Below, one piece after another: positions 24,361-37,407 of a stretch of 64,000 nt of DNA. Below the pieces are notes generated by a model, which was given only the letters and a program-made list of their open reading frames with translations, had not been told where the DNA came from and did no database searches. The number at the start of each line of letters is the position of its first letter. Positions within the stretch are counted from its first letter, which is position 1. Source of the DNA: Octopus bimaculoides (Eukaryota); assembly GCF_001194135.2 (NCBI RefSeq), contig NC_068984.1:26585455-26649454 (forward strand), read 5' to 3'. Made by a program: the position numbers and the translations under genes.

Positions 24361-24639
24361 GTGGAGGCGCAGTGGCCCAGTGGATAGGGCAGCGGACTCG
24401 CGGTCGGAGGATCACGATTTCGATTCCCAGACCGGGCGTTGTGTGTGCTTATTCAGCGAAAACACCTAAGCTCCACGAGGCTCCGGCAGGGGGTGGTGGC
24501 GACCCCTTTGTACATTTTCGCCCCAACTTTCACTCTTTCAGTAACGCTGCGATGGACTGGGGAGAACACATACGTCATAGAAATCGGGAAACCGGGCCCG
24601 TGAGCCTGGCTAGGCTTTGAAAGGGGTGCATAAAAAAAA
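24361..24639 (+). mobile_element. tRNA-derived SINE, family C head plus body Y, A-rich tail
   Basis: First ~160 bp align to the reverse complement of 8860-9022. It then diverges to GCTGCGATGGACTGG..GGGAAACCGGGCCCGTGAGCCTGGCTAGGCTTTGAAAGGGGTGCAT and poly-A. Confidence 0.88.
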
Positions 24640-25199
24640 ATCCGTATTTAAGTAAGAAGAGACATTTGTGTGATTAGTGTTGTGCAAGTTGTATGTCATC
24701 AGCTGGGCTGGACTGTTATTTTCACTTTGCAAATCGTTAACAAGCAATGGTTAAATTTAATATGGAGTTGGCTTCCATCACACACATTCACACACATACA
24801 CGTTATAAGAACATGTAAATATGCGAACACAAGAAACAATGAGGAAAACAATCGAACGAATACATTGATTTATCACATTTGAATCATGTATTTATCCACT
24901 GCATTCTGTCAACAGTTACTTCCATTCACTCACACTAAAACCAAGCTCGCTCGAGATTTGTTTCAACCAATCAGAAGACTTGCACTGTTCGCTATGTAAG
25001 TCTTTAACCAGGGCTACAGACTGAATGATCGAGACGACTTAGATTTTTCGTGTTTTCGTGAAACCCAGGATACTGAATAGCCTTTAGCTCAGGCGACCAA
25101 ATAAATTGCATGTTCGTGTGTCTTTATACACACACAGTATGACTTATTATTTGTAGCTTATATGATTTTATAGTCCTTCTTTCATCTGTTGAGTGTCGT

Positions 25200-25247
<48 letters not shown>

Positions 25248-25499
25248 AATTTAACTTTCAGTTGCATATTTTGTCTCATTGTCTGAACGTTCTTTCAATT
25301 TCGCCATCATTCTGTCTGCCCGTTTGTTTGCCACTCTCTGTTTCTCGTAGTCTCTGTCTGTCTCTCCTTCTCCCTCTCTCTCTTCGTTCGTCCATTCTAT
25401 TATCTATTTATTTGTTCTTTGTTTATTTATTGGTGACAGGAACCAATTTTCTGGTTCTTGCTTTTCAGACGTTTGGGATTCACTTGAAATATTCTTAAT

Positions 25500-25799
25500 T
25501 GGGACAAGGATGTGTGTGGGAAGATCATTGTGTTATGCTGTGTGTGAGACTGTGCGTGTATTTTGTCAGTGTCCTTATGTGTATATCTTCTATATGTATT
25601 CCTTTGTGGGTGTGTGTGTGTGTTCGTGTGTGCACGTGTATACGTTTGTATGCATTTGTGGTTTCATGTGGCCGCGTGTGAGCGTGTGAACATGAGGTTC
25701 TGTGTGTAAAGCTGTGTATATGTGTTGCTATATGTGGGCTTGTAAATTCATCTACATGTAATTGAATTGTGTGAGTGTATTTGTGCGTTGTTGTTGTTG

Positions 25800-25841
<42 letters not shown>

Positions 25842-27300
25842 ACGCGCGCGAGTATTTATGTATGTCTATGGATTTGTATTCGCTTCTGTGTTTGTGTCTA
25901 TTTGTGTGTGTCTGAATACATTTGTATTTGTGTTCGTGTGTATGTGTGCGTGTGAGAAAGAGAGAGAAGGAGAGAGAGAAAGAGAGAGAGAGAGAGAAAA
26001 GAGAGAGAGAGGGGAGAGAGAAAGAGAGAGAGAGAGAGAAAAGAGAGAGAGAGAGAGAAAAGAGAGAGAGAGAATGTGTGTGTGTGAGAGAGAGTGTGTG
26101 TGTGAGAGAGAGAGTGTGTGTGCATGAGAGAGAGGGAGAGAGAGAGTGTGTGCGTGAGAGAGAGGGAGAGAGAGAGTGTGTGTGCGTGTTTGCGTGTGCA
26201 CGCGCACGAACATTTATGTGTGTCTATGCATTTGTGTTCGCTTCCATATTCGAGTATGTCTGGCTATAATTGTATTTGTGTTTGTGTGTGTATGTGCATG
26301 TGTTTATGTGTGTATATCTCTATGCCCTTATGTGTATGTGTGCGTATGTCACTATGTATTTGAACATGTAATATGTATTTGAGAAAGCGAACGATAAAAG
26401 GTCAAATAGAGAGGGAGAGGATGAGTGAGTGAGTGAGTAAACGAGTGAGCAGTCTCCTTCGTGGTGGCGGCTGGGGGTGGCTTTATTTGTCTTTGCACAC
26501 TAATAGCTAGTGTTTGTGCGTATATATGTGTGTGAATGTGTTAACGTCTGTCGGTACGAGTTTGAGCCTTGATGCATGCGTATGTGCTCTCGTGTGTGTA
26601 TGTGCTCTCGTGTGTGTATGTGCTCTCGTGTGTGTATGTGCTTGTGCTTTGTTTGTGTGTGTCCGTGTCAACTTGCTCACTTAAGGACGTGCATTTTATG
26701 CATTTGTTTGTGTGTTTGAATGAATGTGCACCACCAAAATATTATTTTTGTTTCTGTGATTGTATGAATGGGTCTGCATGTGCACATATTTATTTCTTTG
26801 TGTGTGAGTGATCATGTATGCGCACGTGTGTATGCGTGTGTGTATGTGTGTGTGTGTATGTGTGTGAGTGTGTGCGTGTGATGGTCTGAGTGTGTGTTGC
26901 GTGTGTGTTTTGCATACAATGTGTGTACGAATGTGCACGTGTGTGTATGTGTAGGTGTGTGCATTTGTGCAAGTGTATATATGTATGTGCACGTAAAAGT
27001 GTTTTAATGTAGTGAATATTTACGCGCGAGCAAAGCATAAAACAAGTATGTATATGTATGTATGTACGTACGTACGTATGTATGTATGTATGTATGTATG
27101 TATGTATGTATGTATGTATGAGTTTGTGCATACGTATGTTATGTGTGTATGCAAATGTATACATTCACTTGCATGTACGTATATATGTTCGTGTGTGTTT
27201 ATGTATGTGCGTTCGTCAGGAATACAAATGTGTGCTCTAGCACCTGCATATGTTTACACGTGTGTGCTTCCGTGAATATGACTGTTTAAGTTGGAGCTGG
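25500..27300. repeat. Long low-complexity TG/GA/TATG region, including an 18-bp tandem repeat (GTATGTGCTCTCGTGTGT, ~3.5 copies) at 26580-26643
   Basis: Direct reading; accounts for the many CVCV/ERER ORFs in the track. Confidence 0.9.
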
Positions 27301-27449
27301 TGTGCATACGTGTGCCCTCGCACCTGCGTCTATTTACTCTTATGTGTTTTAGTGATAACGAGTGTGTGTTCGACTTAGCGACTGTGAGCAGAGAAGGGTA
27401 AATGTGTGTGGAGGCGCTAGTTTAGTATCAAACTTAATATCAACCGGGC

Positions 27450-27885
27450 GAAGGCGGCGAGCTGGCAGAAACGTTAACACACCGGGTGAAATGCTTAGCG
27501 GTATTTCGTCTGCCGCTCCGTTCTGAGTTCAAATTCTGCCGAGGTCGACTTTGCCTTTCATCCTTTCGGGGTCGATAAATTAAGTACCAGTTACGCATTG
27601 GGGTCGATGTAATCGACTTAATCCCTTTATCTGTCCTTGTTTGTCCCTCTATGTTTAGCCCATTGTGGGCAATAAAGGTATAAGAAACGTTTGCACGCCG
27701 GGCGAAATGCGTAGCGGTATTTCATCTGTCTTTACGTTCTGGGTTCAAATTTCGCCGAGGTCGACTTTGCCTTTCATCCTATCGAGGTCGATAAATTAAG
27801 TACCAGTTGCATACTGGGGTCAATCTAATCGACTGACCCATTCTCTAAAATTTTCTGGCCTTGTGCCTAGAATAGAAAAGAATAT
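27450..27885 (+). mobile_element. SINE family A dimer (long-tail unit plus head-truncated short-tail unit)
   Basis: GGCGGCGAGCTGGCAGAAACGTTA..GAGTTCAAATTC..TTTCATCCTTTCGGGGTCGATAAATTAAGTACCAG occurs twice. Same architecture as 54511-54945. Confidence 0.9.
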
Positions 27886-27928
27886 CAACCAGGCGAAAGA
27901 AAAATAAAATAATGATGATCTTTTTTCT

Positions 27929-28232
27929 GCTTAGTGGTTACGGTGTTCGGTTCACGATAATAAGATCGTGAGTTCGCTTCGTGGCGGTGCGTTGTGTCCT
28001 TGAGTAAGACACTTTATTATTTTACATTGAACCAGTTCAAAAGTGAGTAGTAGTTGCATTTCAAAGAGCCATTCTTGTCACATTCTGTGTCACGCTGAAT
28101 CTCTCTGAGAACTATGTTAAGGGTACGCATGTTTGTGGAGTCTTCAGCCACTTGCACACTAATTTCACGAGCAGGCAGTTCTGTTGATCAGATCAGCTGG
28201 AACCCTTGTCATCGTAACCGACGGAGTGCCAG
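27929..28232 (+). mobile_element. tRNA-derived SINE, family D head plus body X
   Basis: GCTTAGTGGTTA..GAGTTCG..TGTGTCCTTGAGTAAGACACTT head; body CTTGTCACA..GTGTCACGCTGAAT..GAGAACTA.GTTAAGGGTAC is shared with 8730-8820. Confidence 0.8.
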
Positions 28233-28611
28233 GAACAAGTTCTTAAATTTATAGCATTGCTCATTGAATGAACCACGTGATCCGAGGCTGGATACGGCTT
28301 CGCATCAACCGGGGACAATCATTTCTACAATGGTATCAAATGACTAATACGATATGAAGAAATTTGATTGACGGTAACTCCGAAGATCGTCACATGTATG
28401 TATGTATGTATGTATGTATGTGCGTGTTTGTGCGTGCGTGCGTGTGTGTGTGTGTGTGTGTGTTTGTGTGTGTGTGTGCGTGTGTGTGCGTATGTGTGCG
28501 CTTGCGTGTATAAGTACTTTACTGGTTTCAGGCAAAAGCTGCGGCCTTGCTGTAATACGGTCTTTAATTTAACACCCACTTTTCGGCTTATTTTTCCAGA
28601 TCAGTATCTAG

Positions 28612-29145
28612 TAGATTAGGGATTTGGACACAGCTGCTCTTTGTGTTTCCTACCGCGACGTAGGCTCATGTGGTACCCAGATTGAAATCTGCCCCAATGG
28701 TTTTTGAAGTCATGAAGTCATCTGCATCTACACCTTGCAGAACTATGAGTCTATTTGGCAGAATGTCGAAAAGTTGTGGGTATTTGAATTCTAAGCTGTA
28801 AAAGTGCCACGCCCTTACTCCAGATGGAAAGGACAGGATATTAGGTACTATACAGTGGCATCAAGTTCGGTGGTTGGTACTACTTTCAATCCCAAAGTTG
28901 GGATCTAGACCCTCACGGATCTTTCAGCTTATCTGTTACACCGACACAAGCTTTTTTGTATAGGGGCGTTGGATTGCTTTGAGTTCCGCTGTTAGTTTGA
29001 TGCTTTGTGGAGGAGACAACAGTTGGTACAGTAACCTAGGAGGCCGAGAACAAATATTCTCCATAGGAATTGGATTGTATCCTTTCTCCTGGTTCTGAAT
29101 GATATCAGAATCCAACCAGACATTCTCCTGAACGGTGTTGCCATC
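28612..29145 (-). mobile_element. CR1-like LINE, decayed 3' fragment
   Basis: Across frameshifts: GWILISFRTRRKDTIQFLWRIFV..SIKLTAELKAIQRPYTKK..SLEFKYPQLFDILP..VPHEPTSR*ETQRAAVSKSLI, a typical CR1-group RT C-terminus. Confidence 0.8.
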
Positions 29146-29634
29146 TAAGTAATATGCACATGATGTGTGTGCGTGCGTGTTTGTGTATCTGTCTGTCTGT
29201 CTGTATTGCATATCATATTGAGCCTAAGAGACTGATTAACAAAATTAAAAACACGCGTACATGAGGGTGTTTGAGAATTCGATCTAAGCAGTTAAATCGA
29301 GACAGAAGAGAAATGCAACTAAATACCACCTGGTATTTTTTGCTCAGAACTTTCCGGAAATTTCTAAGAATCCACTACCCAATGAAGAATTTAAAAAATG
29401 AAAGCGAGGGCTGAGAATTAATGTGTGCGTGCGCGTGCGTGTGTGCGTATGTGTATGTGTGTGTGTGTGCGCGTACATATATAGCAACAAGCACACATTT
29501 TTAGGCATATCCAATGAGAAATTATATAAACAAGCATGAATAAAAGGAAAAACGTTAGTGAGAGCCAGGTGGGTATTGAAATCTGACCGTTTCATAATGT
29601 TTACATACGTTCTTAATTAATTAATTAATCAGTT

Positions 29635-29699
<65 letters not shown>

Positions 29700-30539
29700 N
29701 NNNNNNNNNNNNNNNNNNNNNNNNNNNNNNNNNNNNNNNNNNNNNNNNNNNNNNNNNNNNNNNNNNNNNNNNNNNNNNNNNNNNNNNNNNNNNNNNNNNN
29801 NNNNNNNNNNNNNNNNNNNNNNNNNNNNNNNNNNNNNNNNNNNNNNNNNNNNNNNNNNNNNNNNNNNNNNNNNNNNNNNNNNNNNNNNNNNNNNNNNNNN
29901 NNNNNNNNNNNNNNNNNNNNNNNNNNNNNNNNNNNNNNNNNNNNNNNNNNNNNNNNNNNNNNNNNNNNNNNNNNNNNNNNNNNNNNNNNNNNNNNNNNNN
30001 NNNNNNNNNNNNNNNNNNNNNNNNNNNNNNNNNNNNNNNNNNNNNNNNNNNNNNNNNNNNNNNNNNNNNNNNNNNNNNNNNNNNNNNNNNNNNNNNNNNN
30101 NNNNNNNNNNNNNNNNNNNNNNNNNNNNNNNNNNNNNNNNNNNNNNNNNNNNNNNNNNNNNNNNNNNNNNNNNNNNNNNNNNNNNNNNNNNNNNNNNNNN
30201 NNNNNNNNNNNNNNNNNNNNNNNNNNNNNNNNNNNNNNNNNNNNNNNNNNNNNNNNNNNNNNNNNNNNNNNNNNNNNNNNNNNNNNNNNNNNNNNNNNNN
30301 NNNNNNNNNNNNNNNNNNNNNNNNNNNNNNNNNNNNNNNNNNNNNNNNNNNNNNNNNNNNNNNNNNNNNNNNNNNNNNNNNNNNNNNNNNNNNNNNNNNN
30401 NNNNNNNNNNNNNNNNNNNNNNNNNNNNNNNNNNNNNNNNNNNNNNNNNNNNNNNNNNNNNNNNNNNNNNNNNNNNNNNNNNNNNNNNNNNNNNNATATA
30501 TATATATATATATATATTTACATACATATATATATACGT

Positions 30540-30755
30540 GTGTGTATTTGTGTGTTTGTGTTTGTCCTTCCACCATCGCTTGACAACCGATCTTGGTGTC
30601 CTTACGTCTCTGTAACTTAGCAGTTCGGCAAAAGAGACCGATAGAATAAGTACTAAGCTTAGAAAGAATAAGTCCTGGGATCGATTTGTTCGATTGAAAG
30701 GCAGTGCTCCAGCATGGCTGCAGTCAAATGGCTGAAACATGTAAAAGAATAAGAA
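30540..30755 (+). mobile_element. SINE family B 3' tail
   Basis: Homologous to 19800-19985; preceded by a TA microsatellite and a gap. Confidence 0.85.
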
Positions 30756-31082
30756 CATAGTTGCCATTCGTAAGCGAGTATGATCTGTTAAATTGTACCA
30801 TGCTTTCATTGTGTTATTTTATGGGTCCCTGTATTTGCAAACCGACAGAGATACCTTTTGGATTTCTCAAGTTTTGATCCAGCGGAACCGCAAAGATGTA
30901 GCAACTGATGTGGGAGAGGGCTGCATAAACACTAAGCTGGTACTAAGTTTCGGTTAAGCAGAATAGTACGAAGTCGAATGAACTGTCGGGGCCCGGAACC
31001 GAGCCACAACCTTATGATCCTGAACGCAGCGCTTTCATTACTACGCCTCACACACACACACATGTATGTATGTATACGCGCA

Positions 31083-31233
31083 GGCGCAGCTGTGTGGTAA
31101 GGAGGTTGCTTCCCAACTACATAGTTCCGAGTTCAATCCCACAGTGTGACACTTTGGGTCTTCTACTATAGCACCGGGCAGACCAAAGCCTTGTGTATAA
31201 ACTTAGTAGACGGTATCTGAAAGAAATCCGTCG
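31083..31233 (+). mobile_element. SINE family B head
   Basis: GGCGCAGCTGTGTGGTAAGGAGGTTGCTTCCCAAC..GAGTTCAATCCC; followed by degenerate TG/CA repeats. Confidence 0.8.
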
Positions 31234-32543
31234 AAAATATACATATACGTGTGTGCGTGTGTGCGCGCGTTTGTGTGTGTATGCGCGCGCGTTTGAGCGT
31301 GTATGTTTGTGTATATATACGTGTATATGCATCGATGTATATAAAATTAAGAACGTATGTACACACGGCCATTATGAAACGGTCAGGTTGCAATGCCCAC
31401 CTGGTTCTCACTCGCTTCTTTTTATTCTTATTTGTTTAGACAATTTCTCGTTCATATGCGGATATATGTACACACATATACACATGCACATACATGCACA
31501 CTCACACACACATACACACACACACACATATGTATATGAGTGCGCATATATATGTTTATACATACACACACACATATACATATGTGTATATATAAATGTA
31601 TATATATGTATATATGAATATATACGAATGTTTGCGTTTGTGTGTGCGTATACACACACACGAACACACACACACATACATACACACGCACACACACTCG
31701 CAGACGCATATACATGTATGTTCAGGCAGATAAACGTACCCCTCATACGCACGCACGCACCCACGCTCGCACACACATACACCCACACATGCGCATGCGC
31801 GCACACACAGACGGAAGATTCTTGAGGGTTATGTTCCAATTTAACTTTTTGGTTTGTAGGAAATAACGAACAAGAGCAATAGGAAATGCTGTCACAACCT
31901 CAAACATCCTCCATCACACTCTCACATCAGGAGTCGAAATTTAAATAGTTAAGCTAATTTTAACACGTTTAATGTAGGAAACATTACGTAACTTAACCAG
32001 AATGGATTATGAAGTAATGCAAAAACAATAGTCATCGACAAACCTCTTAATTACTTTATTAAGTATGGAAGATGGCTCCGTACTTGTGCTCTTATTGCGA
32101 TCTCATGAGTAAATGTTTTCCTATTTAATGTTCCAGTTTAGCCAATAAAAACGCACGCACTGTATATTTGGTGTTAATTTGCTTCAGCTTTACATTACAT
32201 TACATTAATCATATTTCGGCCAGAGTTCTTTCGTTACACTTCTGTGACCTCATCAGTGGTCCTTTGCTTTCTTCTTTCTTATGTGTCCCTCCTTTCTTAT
32301 ATGTGTGTCCCTCCTTTCTTATATGTGTGTCCCTCCACACATATAAGAAAGAAGAAAGCAATGTTGCTTATTTTTTGGTAGTTTTTGACTTATTTAGTCC
32401 CTCGAAGCGTGAGGCATTACTACACAGTTAATGTCCTTTATATATATATATATATATATATATNNNNNNNNNNNNNNNNNNNNNNNNNNNNNNNNNNNNN
32501 NTATAATGCAAACAATTATTACATTAGAAATACGTCTACAATA

Positions 32544-32700
32544 GGCACTGGTGTTTGGCTAAGATGACAGCTTTGCAGCCATGTGCTTTTGGGTTCAGTA
32601 CCACATTGCAGCACTTTGGGCAAGTGGCTTCTACAATAGTTCTGAGCCGACCAATGCCTTAGGGATGAGTTTGGTGGACCGAAACTTTGTGGAAGTCGTT
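32544..32700 (+). mobile_element. SINE family B head, decayed
   Basis: GGGTTCAGTACCAC..GCACTTTGGGCAAGTGGCTTCTAC..GCCGACCAATGCCTT; followed by (GTAT)n/(CA)n. Confidence 0.75.
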
Positions 32701-32794
32701 CTTGAATGCATGCATGCATGCATGCATGTATGTATGTATGTATGTATGTATGTATGTATGTATGTATGTATGCGTGTGCGTATGTAGGCATGTC

Positions 32795-32846
<52 letters not shown>

Positions 32847-32879
32847 AGAAATAGCACGTAGCACAGGTGAGCAAATTGG

Positions 32880-33110
32880 TGACATTAGCGGGAGCTCACT
32901 GAGGAGAAAAGCTCGCCAGTACTCTTCCAACATGCTTAGTTAGAACATGGAAGCTCGACCAATGACATAGATGTTACGATATCAACACATAGAACAGACA
33001 TGACACTTAGATTATAGAGGCCACTCACATTGTAATAGACAAATCAAGCCTCAACAGAGAACATGAATGGAATAATAACATCCCTCCACTTCTCCACACT
33101 TCGCAACCTG
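32880..33110 (+). mobile_element. Possible decayed Penelope GIY-YIG C-terminus
   Basis: ..RHDT*IIEATHIVIDKSSLNRE.. resembles the PLE motif R.iiEA.hI.....lNr; several stops. Confidence 0.35.
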
Positions 33111-33347
33111 ACGACTAAAGATAAAATGAGAGAAGGAAGAAAAAGACACAGATACAAACAGTATAATACATAAATACACTAGAGATACTTACGCACACTA
33201 AAACGGAATGAGAAATATAAATAAGTGAATAAACGAATAAAAGATAACTAAATAAAAAAAAACCGGGTACAAACGGTGTGGTAAGTAAATCCATATACAC
33301 GCATACAAAAACATACGCTAAACACATAGATACGCGCGCGCGGGCAT

Positions 33348-33408
<61 letters not shown>

Positions 33409-34699
33409 GACACAGATCCACAGATACAGTCGCAAACGCATGCGCAGATACGCATTCGCAGATAAAACACCACAGAAAGAAAGAATGGACTAAACAGAAC
33501 AAGAAGAAACACGTGGGATGGAGAGTCATTGAAGAGGTCACGGGATATGTGACGAAAGATTTCAGACAAAGAACACTATATTAAGAATAATGATAGAGTT
33601 GAAGTGAAGACCAAGTATATAGTGCGTGTGGTTAATTGACAAAAAATGTAACCGTCCCGAAATATAACAATATCTGCTTCAACACACGATTTGCAAAACA
33701 AATACATAAACGCAAAAAATAACATTATGCTTTCTTTTTCAGTTGTTTTAAACAAACAAATATATAAATCGGTATTATTTCGTTTTATGATCATAACATG
33801 CAGGTGAAAATATTGACATTATTCGAAGAACATTATTTGAAGAACATAGCGAAATAGATAACTGACACCATTTTTTTTTCATTCACCCCTACCCCCCACC
33901 CCCACCCATAGCCATATTTTTTTGTCATCGACACTTTCTGATTTTTTTTTTTTTAATATCACGTTGAATATGCGGAGATTACGATTCTGAAATGTATAAA
34001 AAATCTTTTTCGCATTCATTTTGTAATCATAAGATGAAAGAANNNNNNNNNNNNNNNNNNNNNNNNNNNNNNNNNNNNNNNNNNNNNNNNNNNNNNNNNN
34101 NNNNNNNNNNNNNNNNNNNNNNNNNNNNNNNNNNNNNNNNNNNNNNNNNNNNNNNNNNNNNNNNNNNNNNNNNNNNNNNNNNNNNNNNNNNNNNNNNNNN
34201 NNNNNNNNNNNNNNNNNNNNNNNNNNNNNNNNNNNNNNNNNNNNNNNNNNNNNNNNNNNNNNNNNNNNNNNNNNNNNNNNNNNNNNNNNNNNNNNNNNNN
34301 NNNNNNNNNNNNNNNNNNNNNNNNNNNNNNNNNNNNNNNNNNNNNNNNNNNNNNNNNNNNNNNNNNNNNNNNNNNNNNNNNNNNNNNATATATATATACA
34401 TATATATTTATGTATGTGTAATTTCCATGATCGAAGGTGTAAATAAGGGATCAGAATATACTGTCATCAAAGAATCTACAAATAAAAATGATGTTCAACA
34501 TACAATTCGATAGACAACAGAAAGCAAGAAGACTGTGTGCGTGTGTCTACGTGGACGAGGATGCTTGTTTCTGGGCATTATGCGTGTGTGTGTGTGTGTG
34601 TGTGTGTGCGTGTATGTGTGTGTGTGTGTGTGTGTGTCCGCATGCGTTCACGGATTCACGAACACACACACACACACACACACACATATCACTGTATCG

Positions 34700-34952
34700 A
34701 CCAAACTATCGGATTATACACCGCTGGTCACAATGCGCTTCCTCTCATTGTTGTAGCTTTCGAATGATGTCTCCTCGCTGGTTAGGTGAGCAAGCCAACA
34801 TTCCTCTCGTACGGAACACCAGTCTTTCGCAGATGAGTGGTCTAAACTAAGGTGAAATGAAGTCTTTCGTTCGTGAACACAACTCACCCCCGATCAAAAC
34901 CACAATCTGATCGTGAGTGCAACGCCCTAACTACTAGGCAATAGGCCTTCAC
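34700..34952 (-). mobile_element. SINE family D, decayed
   Basis: Reverse complement GTGAAGGCCTATTGCCTAGTAGTTAGGGCGTTGCACTCACGATC.., homologous to 44135-44342. Confidence 0.7.
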
Positions 34953-35421
34953 CTCACACACAAACACATACGAGCATGTGGGTGTGTTCATGTGTAAGTG
35001 TGCATTTGTTTGTATGTTTATGTGCATGTGTAGAAATGCGCGTGTATGTAACAAGATTATGGCAAAGAATAAGGATGTAAGATATATATAAAAAAATAAA
35101 ATATAACAAGAAAATAAATATTATCATAAATATTTGTTAGAATCTGGCTGCAAGCATTTCAAAGACAGGAAGGGCACTATCTCATATTTTCGGGGTTTCT
35201 TTTTCTTTCTGTAACATATGGCAACAATTCTAACGTCATCTTAAGGAAATAAAGACACAAACGCACATACACACATATGATTATGAGCATTCCATTAATT
35301 ACACATACAACGTATACATCCGCATTCATATATATATATATATTTAATTATTTATATGTGTGTGTTTATCACCATGTTATTTGCATATGTACATATGCAC
35401 TGAAACATATATACACACGTA

Positions 35422-35475
<54 letters not shown>

Positions 35476-35514
35476 NNNNNNNNNNTGTGTGCGCGTGTTT
35501 GTGTTTGTGTGTGT

Positions 35515-35557
<43 letters not shown>

Positions 35558-36364
35558 CATGTGTATTTGAGAGAGAGAGAGAGAGAGGTAGAGAGATAGG
35601 AAGTATTCAGAGAGAGAGGAGAAAAGGTTGAGAAAGATAGAGAGATAGAGAGAGATAGAAGAGGTTTTACCGATAGACACTTTCACAAACATATACATAT
35701 ACATACATATACATACATATACAGACATAAATTTGCTATATCAATACGGCTGATTGTTTCTTAGCATGCAGCTGTCAGTGGATATTTGCTGTTGACGAGA
35801 CTCGGGGATGCAGAAATGCGCATTTAGCAATACAATACCACCATCGCTTTTTGACGATTTTAGACAGCTACTGATATATTTCTGTGTTTTGTAACACCGT
35901 ACGTCCATAAATGATGCATTTTAACAACTATCACTTGTGAACACACCTCGTATATCAGCTTCATTATATTAAAGATCCAATTTAAGAAGTTCAACAACAT
36001 CTGAACCTGACTATCTGAAACTTAGTGCTGCTATCTCACCCTCTCACACTCTTTTTACACACCTGAACACGCACATCAATCGCTAACGAGTATGATATAA
36101 CAGCAAGGCCCCATTCTTTCGCTCATTGTTTTAGATGTTCATGGTAGTCGTAAGTAGAAACAATCCCGTCTTTCGACCATCCAACTCTTGTCCCAACGAT
36201 TGATGATGGCACCCCTAATCGGCTGGAACTCGTTTCACCTGCGTAAAGAGGAGCAACGTGAAATGAAGTATGTTGCTCAACGGCACCGTACCGCTCGATC
36301 AGAAAATCGATTTCACCAGAAAGTCATTTTATGACACGCGCACGCACGCACGTTATCTACATTC

Positions 36365-36600
36365 TTTTGTTCTTTTACTTGTTTCAGTCGTTACATTGCG
36401 GCCATGCTGGAGCACCGCCTTGAAGAATTTTTAGTCGAGTAAATTAACTCCAGTACTTCTTTTTTTAAAGTCTGGCACTAATTCTATCGATCATATTAGT
36501 CGAACCGCTAGGTTACGGGGACGTAAGCACCAACACCGGTTGTCAAGCGGTGGTGGAGACAAACACATATACAAAGACACACACACACACACACACACAC
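36365..36600 (-). mobile_element. SINE family B tail with adjacent (CA)n
   Basis: Reverse complement of the tail seen at 19800 and 30540. Confidence 0.8.
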
Positions 36601-36782
36601 AAAGTTATAAAATGATAATTATTTTAGAAGTAGATTTGAATCTAATTTCTACAAATGATGACAATCTCACATAAAATTTACTTTTTCTCTTTTTTTCTGT
36701 CCTGCAAACCAGGTTTGTTTTTTTCTGAACCTATGAATGTCATTAAATGTTTCTGAATACAATAAGAGAGAAAGAAAGAACT

Positions 36783-36784
36783 AA

Positions 36785-36849
<65 letters not shown>

Positions 36850-36862
36850 CAGATAGATAGAA
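36783..36862. repeat. (GATA)n microsatellite
   Basis: Direct reading. Confidence 0.95.
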
Positions 36863-37147
36863 AGATATGGAGAGAGAGAGAGGGGGGGGTAGAGAATGAA
36901 TTAGGAAAAATAAGAAAGAAAAGAAGAATTATGACACATTAATTAAACTCAAAAATAGTTTTCCTTTTTTAATTGAATTAGACAATAGTAAACATACTGC
37001 TATTTTATGTTTGTATATAAGTGTGCAAGTTTGAGTATGTGTGTATGAATATATGCATGTAAACACACACANNNNNNNNNNTCTGTGTGTAGCCCCTTGT
37101 GGGTAGTAAAGAAATAACACACGTATACATACATGCAAACATACAGA

Positions 37148-37307
37148 CGACGAGCTTCTTTCAGTTTCCGTCAACCAAATCCACTAATAAGTAAGTCCTG
37201 GTCGGCCCGAGGCTGTAGCAGAAGATACTTGCCCAAGGTGCCATGCAATGAGACTGAATCCGGAACCATGCGGTTGGGAAGCAAGCTTCTTATCACACAG
37301 CTACGCC
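37148..37307 (-). mobile_element. SINE family B head
   Basis: Reverse complement GGCGTAGCTGTGTGATAAGAAGCTTGCTTCCCAACCGCATGGTTCCGGATTCAGTC.. Confidence 0.85.
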
Positions 37308-37338
37308 AACGCCAATAGCTGAACTGTTATACGTGTGT

Positions 37339-37407
<69 letters not shown>

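Noticed and set aside
24960-24980. CCAAT box (AACCAATCAG) as a promoter
   Set aside because: It is a single short motif with no supporting TATA, initiator, CpG or downstream gene evidence.
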